From positions 84,863-148,862 of the forward strand of contig JBAYUF010000001.1 of assembly GCA_041675205.1 (NCBI GenBank): a stretch of 64,000 nucleotides of DNA. Reading direction: 5' to 3'. The position numbers were made by a program, and so were the translations under genes. This stretch comes from Patescibacteria group bacterium. GTDB lineage: Bacteria > Patescibacteriota > Patescibacteriia > GWA2-46-9. Positions within the stretch are counted from its first letter, which is position 1; every line of letters starts with the position of its first letter. Of this stretch, positions 1 to 8,615 are shown piece by piece. The notes below the pieces were generated by a model that was not told the DNA's origin, did not search any database, and was given only the letters and a program-made list of their open reading frames with translations.

Positions 1-221
1 CCCAGGCGCTTCGAACCTTGCTGCGTGTTGTTGGCGCTAAGAATAATGCTCGGGTGAACCTAAAAATTTACGAGCCAGAGGAAGAGCGACAGGCTCGTTT
101 TGCGAAGCGTGATGCTGAGCGACCACAGGGTGAAGCACCAAGTCGTGCCCCTCGTGAAGCGGCACCAATGACGAGAGACGAAGACATCGACACTAGTGCG
201 GTGGACGACCTCAAGATTTAG
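1..221 (+). CDS. 3' end of a CDS running in from upstream of the window (charged C-terminal tail; possibly ribosomal protein bS16/KH-type, given trmD follows)
   Basis: The frame is open from the window edge to the stop at 219-221. It sits upstream of trmD, where rpsP/rimM usually lie. No strong motif was recognised. Confidence 0.3.
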   Translation, partial: QALRTLLRVVGAKNNARVNLKIYEPEEERQARFAKRDAERPQGEAPSRAPREAAPMTRDEDIDTSAVDDLKI

Positions 222-240
222 TTCGTTTTTGTAGAACGAT

Positions 241-284
241 AAACATACCCCGACGTACGTCGGGGTATGTTTTTGCTTTTTTTT
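241..284 (+). terminator. Rho-independent terminator (perfect palindrome aaacataccccgacgt/acgtcggggtatgttt plus T-run)
   Basis: A 16-bp-arm palindrome is followed by ttgctttttttt. Confidence 0.7.
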
Positions 285-307
285 CTTCAGTAGGTAATGA
301 TTGACTT

Positions 308-1015
308 ATGCTTACGATAGACATCCTTACCCTTTTTCCAAATATATTTGATTCGTACTATGGCGCGTCAATTTTAAAACGTGCGCAATCGAAGGGGGTT
401 GTTCGTATTGCCGCCCATAATATTCGTGATTTTACGGCTGGTCCGCAGCATATGACCGATGATCGACCATACGGAGGTGGGGCAGGCATGGTGATGTTGG
501 CAGAACCTATTTTGAAAGCGGTAGAGGCTGTGAAAAAAAACAGTAAGACTTCAGCAAAGCGACGAAAAATTATTGTTATGTCGGCCAAGGGAAAACCATT
601 TACTCAGAAAATGGCGTATACATGGGCGAAACAGTATGGTCACCTTGTTATTATTAGTGGTCGGTACGAAGGTATTGATGAACGAGTAACGAAAATTCTT
701 GCTGCCGAAGAAGTGTCGATTGGGCCCTATGTTCTGACCGATGGAGACGTGGCTGCTATGACTATCACTTCTGCGGTTACTCGGCTTTTGCCCGGTGCTA
801 TTCGACTGGAATCACTGGCTGAAGAATCTCACTGGGATGCACTCGTCAAAGAAGAGTCACAAGAGAATGGTTCGCTTGAGTACCCGCACTATACTCGACC
901 AGAAATCCTTACGTGGAAGCGCAAAAAGTACACGGTGCCGAAGGTCTTGCTTTCCGGAGATCATAAAAAAATTGACGAATGGCGTAAGAGTGAGCGACTA
1001 GAAAAAACCACTTGA
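308..1015 (+). CDS. trmD: tRNA (guanine37-N1)-methyltransferase TrmD
   Basis: 235-aa ORF with the TrmD signature segments (LTLFP..., PYGGGAGMVM, SGRYEGIDERV). Confidence 0.9.
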   Translation: MLTIDILTLFPNIFDSYYGASILKRAQSKGVVRIAAHNIRDFTAGPQHMTDDRPYGGGAGMVMLAEPILKAVEAVKKNSKTSAKRRKIIVMSAKGKPFTQKMAYTWAKQYGHLVIISGRYEGIDERVTKILAAEEVSIGPYVLTDGDVAAMTITSAVTRLLPGAIRLESLAEESHWDALVKEESQENGSLEYPHYTRPEILTWKRKKYTVPKVLLSGDHKKIDEWRKSERLEKTT

Positions 1016-1083
1016 CTGACTACGTAACGGCTTTTAGGATTAGTGCACTACGCAACGTCCTAAAAAAGAGGAGGAAAGGAACG

Positions 1084-1215
1084 ATGAAATCGAGCACCCG
1101 GCCGGTAGTCGTCTACGCCCGTAGTTACTGGTACAGTTTCCTGCGCTACTGGCGGAAACTGGAAGCCCGGTATGAAGAGTTTGATGCGACGTACCGTCGC
1201 ATCTATCCAAAGTGA
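1084..1215 (+). CDS. small basic W/Y/R-rich hypothetical protein (43 aa)
   Basis: Perfect SD AAGAGGAGG lies 8 nt upstream of the ATG. The ORF is followed by the stem-loop ggccgagggatgacgccgttgtctccctcggcc. Confidence 0.35.
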   Translation: MKSSTRPVVVYARSYWYSFLRYWRKLEARYEEFDATYRRIYPK

Positions 1216-1327
1216 GCCTTTGGGGCCGAGGGATGACGCCGTTGTCTCCCTCGGCCTCGGCACAATGGTTGACCGCTTTATGTAAACTCTGTATTATTTT
1301 TTCCAATCAAAGCGGAGGAGGATTGCG

Positions 1328-1447
1328 ATGGGTGTACTTGGAACCGTTGTGTTTGATGTAGTCATTGGGTGGCCGTTCGCCCTTGTGGCCTTTGTCCTCT
1401 GGAAAGACGGCGCATTCGATCAGCGCTCAAAGCCCCCAAAGGTTTGA
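1328..1447 (+). CDS. small hydrophobic peptide (39 aa, single TM-like segment)
   Basis: SD GGAGGAGGA lies 5 nt upstream of the ATG. The hydrophobic core is VVFDVVIGWPFALVAFVLW. Confidence 0.3.
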   Translation: MGVLGTVVFDVVIGWPFALVAFVLWKDGAFDQRSKPPKV

Positions 1448-1783
1448 GCAAAACCCGAGCCTGGAGGAGGCGAGGAATGGAAAAACTGAACCAGTTTTAC
1501 CACCTCGTTTCCTCCCGCGCTCGGCAAAAATGACCACTTGACACCCCCGGCTGGGGGTTTTATTATATGTAGGCTAACAAATTAATAGCAAAGGCTATTT
1601 ACTAGCTAGCCGTTACAAGTGTAGTGGTCCCCGAGAAGCTTTTTCGGAGGCAGACAAAAGGGCGAAACTTTGGTTTCTCTCTTTTTTCTTCCGACGAGAG
1701 CGATTACCCAGAGAACGTGCTACGCCGCTTCAATTGAAGCGGTCGAGGAGTTCTTCAATCGTTTTTTCGGAAGCTAACAGAAC

Positions 1784-1814
1784 ATTGACAACTGTACAGT
1801 GGTAAGGAAACTTC
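1784..1814 (+). promoter_or_regulatory. 5' arm of the 16S precursor processing stem (pairs with 3504-3534)
   Basis: attgacaactgtacagtggtaaggaaacttc is the near-perfect reverse complement of gaagtttccttccactgtacagattgttaat downstream of the 16S. This is the classic RNase III-type flanking helix. Confidence 0.7.
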
Positions 1815-1903
1815 ATTGATTTCTTTTCGCTGGATAAACGAGCCGGTGTGCTCGTGGACCAGCACCCTTCTTGGAAAGTATCGCAAGATATTTAAAAGAA
1901 GAT

Positions 1904-3388
<1,485 letters not shown>

Positions 3389-3503
3389 AAGGAGATATAT
3401 ATGTTTCGTTTCTCACAAATGAAAACATAGCCAGTCGACCCCACATCGTTCAACTTTGTTGAACTATGAGGGGCCCCGCAAGGGTGGCAACACGAGAGAT
3501 ATT

Positions 3504-3534
3504 GAAGTTTCCTTCCACTGTACAGATTGTTAAT
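3504..3534 (+). promoter_or_regulatory. 3' arm of the 16S precursor processing stem
   Basis: Reverse complement of 1784-1814 with two single-nucleotide bulges. Confidence 0.7.
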
Positions 3535-3574
3535 AAAAAACCACTCCGACAAGTAGTCGGAGTGGTTTTTGGTG
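3535..3574. terminator. bidirectional terminator hairpin between the 16S (+) and a convergent minus-strand CDS
   Basis: aaaaaaccactccgac-aagt-agtcggagtggttttt, with an A-run on one side and a T-run on the other. Confidence 0.7.
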
Positions 3575-3579
3575 TCTGT

Positions 3580-4415
3580 TTAGTTTTTTGAATCGTAGGT
3601 AGCGGAAAGAAAATTGAGTGATTTGCCACTGTCTTTGAGGAGTTTGGCGTTCAAAGCTTCAGCCGCTTTGAGGTAGGTTAGGAGTTCTGGCGGGCAGTCG
3701 GACGCTTCTAACGCCCGACGGTAGGCAGCGAAGTCTTTGATAAGGCAGTGCCCACCAACACCGCGACCATCGTCATGAATAACATCGGTAAAAGAGGATT
3801 CAATATTGGGGTCAGCCACGAGTGCCTCTCGCACGTCGTCGTATGAAACTTCGTAGTGCTGGCAGAGTTCGTAGAGTGAGTTAGCAAAAAGAATTTTTAA
3901 GTAGCGATACACATTGCCGCCGTACTTAACAAGCGCCGCCGCACGAGCGTCCATTATTTTTACGTACGGCGCGGGTGGGAGAATAGCAATGACTTCTTCG
4001 GCGTGTGGTCGTGAGATTTCTGTGACGCCAATGATATGTCGAGCTGGGTTCGCCACTTCTTCAGCTGCGTACAATGCTCGTAAAAATTCTGGCGCATGAA
4101 TGATGGCAACCCCTGGTCGGAGTGCCTGTAGTTTGTCGGTTGTTTCAGGGAGGATGGTTGATTTAATGACAAGCACAGCACCATCACGCACTAGCGGAAG
4201 GGCAGCGACTAGTGCGCTGTCGTCAAAGCCTTGTGGCGTGGTTGGTGTGGGGACAGCAATGAAAACGATGTCGCACGTTGCAATCGCCTCGCGGTTTTCG
4301 ATGAAGGCAGGTTCGAGGCTATAGCGAACAATGTCGTAACCTCGTGCGGCAAAATTGTCAGCGTACGCTTTGCCAACAAATCCTTGCCCAATGAAGCCGA
4401 TGCGTTTCGTCATGA
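3580..4415 (-). CDS. nucleotide-sugar (UDP-glucose/GDP-mannose family) dehydrogenase, short form lacking most of the C-terminal UDP-sugar-binding domain
   Basis: N-terminal Rossmann motif IGFIGQGFVGK. Catalytic-Cys motif GGHCLIKD. Only ~54 aa follow the Cys. Start chosen at MTKRIGF; an in-frame ATG exists 39 nt upstream. Confidence 0.6.
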
Positions 4416-4595
4416 ATTTATTATACAACGAGAAAGTGGGGATGGTCATCAAAAATAAAAAAGCCCTCGATGGTGGGAGGTCATTGACGGGATACTTTAA
4501 CTTTTACACTTCGGTCAAGAAACAAATTTTGATGGCTTTCTAAAGTGCTTTGATAGATATTTTAAGGCTTGCCGACGTACTTCGCGTCGGGCCAG

Positions 4596-4922
4596 TTATT
4601 CACGAGTTTCTAAAGAATAAAGATCGTAGGCAATTTCTTCGTAAGGATGAACTTTTTTCAATGCCACTAGAACATCATCGACAACTGCAGCATCGCATTG
4701 GCATTCAATACGTTCTTCTTCTACTTCTTCAAATTTTCCGACCTCGCCTATGGTGGGATTAGCACCTTTCTCCGGCTTAAAACGACCAATCCCTCTAGTA
4801 CTAAAAGAACAGAAAGAATAATTTCCTAGTTTTCCAGCTCCGGCTTCGGCAATGGCTTTTCGACATTCATCGGCATTTGCCAAGGGCACCGTAAAAATGA
4901 GTTTGTATTTATTGGCCGACAT
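4596..4922 (-). CDS. small conserved hypothetical protein (108 aa, alpha/beta, CutA/PII-like impression; HPYEE motif)
   Basis: Clean ORF with a hydrophobic beta-strand start (KLIFTVP) and protein-like composition. Confidence 0.45.
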   Translation of the reverse strand: MSANKYKLIFTVPLANADECRKAIAEAGAGKLGNYSFCSFSTRGIGRFKPEKGANPTIGEVGKFEEVEEERIECQCDAAVVDDVLVALKKVHPYEEIAYDLYSLETRE

Positions 4923-5114
4923 AAGGTCTCGATTGTTTGATAAGTATTATTGGTGGCTACGATGAATAGGGTCGAACCGTTCAAGGGAACTTTATTAGAT
5001 CCCGTCTTCAATTTCTCTCGGTATAAACCGAGCGAAGTTACTCGTAGTAAATCTATCGAACTATTCGAATGATGTTTTGGGTCCTCGTTCGAATAACTAA
5101 CCAAGCTGTAACTA

Positions 5115-5435
5115 TCATACAGAACGTATCCCTTTTTCCCGAAGAGCAGCGGTGACTTCTATGCGTTTTTTATTTTCTGGATCTTCAAACCCATTGGTAA
5201 ACGACACTGTTAAGCCACCTTCCCGATTGCGGCTGGCTCTGATGCCGTCCAGACCGTCATGGGCGATAGGAAATGTATAACGATTCTTAAGTTGTTCAAT
5301 TATTATTTCGTCTGAATATTCACGTGCGTTTAATCCGCACTCTGAAAGGACCTCTTTAATAATTGCTAGTGTACGGAAATACTCAGCATATTCTTGTGTT
5401 TCTAACCTTGGTTCCTGACTAGATTTTTCACCCAT
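5115..5435 (-). CDS. hypothetical protein (106 aa)
   Basis: ORF with protein-like composition. No motif recognised. Confidence 0.4.
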   Translation of the reverse strand: MGEKSSQEPRLETQEYAEYFRTLAIIKEVLSECGLNAREYSDEIIIEQLKNRYTFPIAHDGLDGIRASRNREGGLTVSFTNGFEDPENKKRIEVTAALREKGIRSV

Positions 5436-5581
5436 TATATTGAGGATTCAACTTTGAATAATATAAAGGTAAGACGTGATATTATTTTTAGCCATCCTTC
5501 GCCAAGGCTTCGGAGGACATTCTTCGCTTTTCTTCTTAACTACTTTATGGCTGTGCCATTCGTGGCTCGAAGAGCGAAGAA

Positions 5582-5658
5582 TGGTGGGCGTGGATGGACT
5601 CGAACCATCGACCTCTTCATTATCAGTGAAGTGCTCTAACCAACTGAGCTACACGCCC
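5582..5658 (-). tRNA. tRNA-Ile (anticodon GAT), CCA encoded
   Basis: Reverse complement folds as GGGCGTG/CACGCCC acceptor, anticodon loop CTGATAA, T-loop TTCGAGT. Confidence 0.9.
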
Positions 5659-5952
5659 TTATGAATGCGAAATCTCAAATGAACAATGTTTCCAGTCTAC
5701 TACTCTTTACTATTCGACAAACCCGTCACGATACGAAGCGATGAGCGGGTAATCTCCGCCAGAGGCGGATCCGCCGTTGGCGGAAGCTGCTTGTCCGCCG
5801 TAGTTCGCCGCGGCGAACGGAGGAGGGAGCTACACGCCCGTAATTTTCAATGTGGGGGCACTATAGCAGACGAGCTGGTGAGGTGCAATAATTGACCATT
5901 TCACCTTCTGTTCATTATGCTTGGCTCGAGGTCAGGAAGAGGAGGTGCCGCT

Positions 5953-6078
5953 GTGCCCAAGTTTCATTGGTACGAGGTAGTAACCTTGCCGATTCTTGCA
6001 GTCATCGGGCTGCTGGCCGCGGGCGCCTGTATGGCGTGGCTGTTCCAGCATCCCGAAGAGTGCAGAGGTCGTCGGTGA
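5953..6078 (+). CDS. candidate small membrane peptide (41 aa; GTG start)
   Basis: SD AGGAAGAGGAGGTG lies 5 nt upstream of the GTG. Hydrophobic core LPILAVIGLLAAGACMAWLF. It sits in an otherwise noncoding GC-rich region. Confidence 0.25.
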   Translation: MPKFHWYEVVTLPILAVIGLLAAGACMAWLFQHPEECRGRR

Positions 6079-6222
6079 ACTATCCGAGGGGGGGGGTATC
6101 CGAACACGGAGCCCCCCTCAATCCCTTTCGTCTTGCCTCATTGCCTGATATTGGGTACCTTTTGTCTACCCAATACTGCGTCGTTTTGTAGTTTTTATTG
6201 TTACATTTCCTGTTATGCCTCA

Positions 6223-6297
6223 TGCCGAGGTAGCTCAGTGGTAGAGCAGTGGTCTGAAGAACCACGTGTCGTCAGTTCGATTCTGACTCTCGGCACC
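6223..6297 (+). tRNA. tRNA-Phe (anticodon GAA), CCA encoded
   Basis: GCCGAGG/TCTCGGC acceptor, anticodon loop CTGAAGA, T-loop TTCGATT. Confidence 0.9.
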
Positions 6298-6485
6298 AAG
6301 ACGTTAAGGCAAACCTTCCGGTTTTCCTTAATATTCCTTTCCCTCAGCAGGAGGGCGTTCAAAAATTATTCCGTCGTCAGCGAACATAGTTCTACGGCCG
6401 ACGTACTCATAATTTTCTCACTCGCAGAAAACTCACTTTATGCAAAGAACCGTTCTGTTTTGCGCATAGGGTAGCTAAGTCTTAT

Positions 6486-6562
6486 CGGGGATTGGCGCAG
6501 TTGGCTAGCGCGCCTGCTTTGGGAGCAGGAGGCCGCCGGTTCGAGTCCGGCATCCCCGACCA
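6486..6562 (+). tRNA. tRNA-Pro (anticodon TGG), CCA encoded
   Basis: CGGGGAT/ATCCCCG acceptor, anticodon loop TTTGGGA, T-loop TTCGAGT. Confidence 0.9.
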
Positions 6563-6571
6563 CATTAATTT

Positions 6572-6600
6572 ACATTGCGACTTAGGTCGCAATGTTTTTA
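6572..6600 (+). terminator. terminator hairpin after tRNA-Pro
   Basis: acattgcgac-ttag-gtcgcaatgt followed by ttttta. Confidence 0.6.
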
Positions 6601-6602
6601 AT

Positions 6603-6784
6603 ATCAGTAGTCCCGCATCCTAAGTTTCCATTCCTGCTAAGCAGGAATGTATAGTAAGTCGGTAGTGCCGCTAGCGAGCGGCGCAGAAGGGCGGGGCCAC
6701 ACAGTGAGTTTAGTTCATAAAAAATTCCCTGACCCAATTTGGGTCAGGGAATTTTTGGTGTCCCGCTGTGGCGGGACTACTGAC
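6603..6784. repeat. MITE-like unit bounded by 13-bp inverted repeats tcagtagtcccgc / gcgggactactga, enclosing several hairpins and hairpin copy 1
   Basis: Exact inverted repeats lie at 6603-6615 and 6772-6784. A third gggactactga copy lies at 6841-6851. Confidence 0.5.
6719..6760. repeat. terminator-like hairpin, copy 1 (aaaaaattccctgaccca-att-tgggtcagggaatttttggtg)
   Basis: Near-identical 42-bp copy of 7081-7122. Confidence 0.8.
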
Positions 6785-6890
6785 TATTTAGAGTTATGGA
6801 CTTCGTCATAACTGAATTATTGAAGCCGCCCCACTACTGTGGGACTACTGATATTTTATACCTTTCGACCAGGTCGAAAGGATTGTTAAT

Positions 6891-6945
6891 GATGCGGGAG
6901 GGAATTCCGACGCCCTTCGTCGCCAGCAGTGCGACTCAGTGCTCT
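6891..6945. repeat. ~55-bp element: degenerate tRNA 3'-end copy (gcgggagggaattccgacgcc) fused to a conserved tail cgtcgccagcagtgcgactcagtgctct; related copy at 43360-43414
   Basis: About 80% identity to 43360-43414. The first 20 nt mimic the T-arm/acceptor 3' strand of the tRNA-Leu at 7118-7204. Confidence 0.6.
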
Positions 6946-7080
6946 GTCCTGGGCAGCGCTGAATGCTGCGCTTGCTCGCATCCATCGGCGCTCGCTTAAT
7001 TCGTCGCGTCTTCCGACGCTCCTCATTGCTTGCTGCTGCCCGCGACCGAAGGAAGTGCCTGTGGTATTCGATTCCCTCCG

Positions 7081-7122
7081 ATCGTACATAAAAAATTCCC
7101 TGACCCAAATTGGGTCAGGGAA
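7081..7122. repeat. terminator-like hairpin, copy 2. It abuts and overlaps the 3' CCA of tRNA-Leu(CAA) and works as a bidirectional terminator.
   Basis: 42-bp near-exact copy of 6719-6760. Confidence 0.8.
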
Positions 7123-7204
7123 TTTTTGGTGCCGCGGGAGGGAATCGAACCCTCACGAGGTTGCCCCCACAGGATTTTGAGTCCTGCGCGTATACCAGTT
7201 CCGC
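7118..7204 (-). tRNA. tRNA-Leu (anticodon CAA), long variable arm, CCA encoded
   Basis: Reverse complement has GCCGCGG/CCGCGGC acceptor, anticodon loop CTCAAAA, a long extra arm and T-loop TTCGATT. Confidence 0.9.
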
Positions 7205-7365
7205 CACCGCGGCAGCACTCAAACAATAGTTCCTCTTCAGCACTCGCCCATCAATTGTGCTCAAAAGCGTTGAAAGGCAGGTGAGGCGCATTGTATTTGT
7301 GTTCTGGTGCGTTGTCAAAGGGGCGCAAGTGAAGGTATACTGCCCCTCATTAATGTATACACAGT

Positions 7366-8157
7366 ATGTCTGAACTGCGTTCCGTTACCCTAGCCTCCAT
7401 AGATACAAATCCTTGGCAACCAAGGCACGATTTCGCCGTTGAAGAATTGGCTGGTCTGGCTGCTTCAATAAAAGAGCACGGCATTCTTCAGCCACTTGTT
7501 GTAACTGAACTACCAAGCGGTCGCTACCAACTTATTGCTGGTGAACGGAGGTTTCGGGCTGCGAAACAAGCCGGATTGTCGAAGGTATTTGTCATTGTGC
7601 GCGAAGCGAATAATCAACAGCGATTAGAATTGGCTCTCGTTGAAAACTTGCAGCGACAGGATTTAAACCCCATTGAACGAGCACTAGCATATCAGCGGCT
7701 GATGCAGGAGTTTCAACTAACGCAGGTTCAGGCGGGTGAACGGGTGGGAAAAACACGTTCGGCGGTTGCTAATGCCTTGCGACTCCTTGATTTACCGGCA
7801 AAGATTCAAGAAGCAGTCCGACAAGGTGTGCTTACTGAAGGGCATGCGAAAGTTATTGCTGGGTTACCTACAACACAGCAGATGAGTTTCTTTGAACGAG
7901 TAATGGCTGGAAATTTGTCTGTTAGAGAAACGGAACGAATTGGTCGCAAAGTTAAAGCTGGCCGCCCTGCCGCCCAAGCGTCAGTAAACGAGGATGAGAT
8001 AATCGATCACTACCGGGGACTACTCGAGGGGGAGCTAGCGACGAAGGTAGAAATTAATGACAAGGCTGGTTCAGGTGAGGTAACTATTCATTTTTATAGC
8101 GAAGAAGAATTGCAACGAGTGGTACGAAAGATTTTAGGCAAAGAAGAGGGGGAGTAA
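7366..8157 (+). CDS. parB: ParB/Spo0J family partition protein (no parA adjacent)
   Basis: ParB box motifs LQPLVV, GERRFRAAKQAGL and HTH region VGKTRSAVANALRLL. Confidence 0.85.
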   Translation: MSELRSVTLASIDTNPWQPRHDFAVEELAGLAASIKEHGILQPLVVTELPSGRYQLIAGERRFRAAKQAGLSKVFVIVREANNQQRLELALVENLQRQDLNPIERALAYQRLMQEFQLTQVQAGERVGKTRSAVANALRLLDLPAKIQEAVRQGVLTEGHAKVIAGLPTTQQMSFFERVMAGNLSVRETERIGRKVKAGRPAAQASVNEDEIIDHYRGLLEGELATKVEINDKAGSGEVTIHFYSEEELQRVVRKILGKEEGE

Positions 8158-8294
8158 TTTTTGACTATTTATTACCTCAGTTTTAAACCTATCCCACATT
8201 TATATTTCGTTTAGTTTATTGTTCACTTTCTTGCTTGTCCAAGAAAGTGGTCGCAAAGAAGGACACCCTCACTCCGACACTTACGCGACTTCTC

Positions 8295-8377
8295 GCACTC
8301 TGGCACAGACTGGTCATGAACTCCTCACTATTTGTTCGTCAGACAGCATGACCAGTGTTTTGTCTGTGCCAGAGTGC
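8295..8377. repeat. long imperfect inverted repeat (arms ~24-30 bp, ~28-nt loop) in the parB/rnj convergent intergenic region
   Basis: gcactctggcacagactggtcatg ... catgaccagtgttttgtctgtgccagagtgc. Confidence 0.5.
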
Positions 8378-8615
8378 TGGTCGCTGTGGTGCCTACGCTA
8401 AAGGGTTAAGAATCCAAAAAACCCGTTAGCGACGTCAGCCCAGCGGTGCTGCAAGAGCTTGCGCTTTGGAAACGGCCATGTGTTCGACAAAGCGGGAAGC
8501 TGAGAAGTTCATGGCCGAGCTGCAAGGTCGCGCAGCTAACCGCGTCGCTAGCGGCGCGAGGGCATCGTTCTTTTGGTAACTTTTCTTGGATGAGCAAGAA
8601 AAGTTACAGTATTCA

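Noticed and set aside
3389-3580. Expected tRNA-Ile/tRNA-Ala spacer and 23S gene downstream of the 16S
   Set aside because: They are not present. The sequence after the 16S forms the processing-stem partner and a terminator, and then a convergent CDS begins.
5660-6222. RNase P RNA, tmRNA or SRP RNA in the tRNA-Ile/tRNA-Phe gap
   Set aside because: I could not find the diagnostic motifs on either strand: GGAAAGUCCGGGC and GGUAAGAGCGCACC for RNase P, a tRNA-like 3' end for tmRNA, or GGAAGCAGCC for SRP domain IV. The region is left as unassigned structured DNA/RNA.
6845-7226. Several 67-87-aa ORFs on both strands in the tRNA-Leu repeat region, sharing an RALSRTADDE.RR.SLP peptide with an ORF at 43310-43534
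   Set aside because: The shared peptide comes from the repeated 28-mer DNA element, not from protein conservation. The ORFs overlap a tRNA and terminator hairpins.
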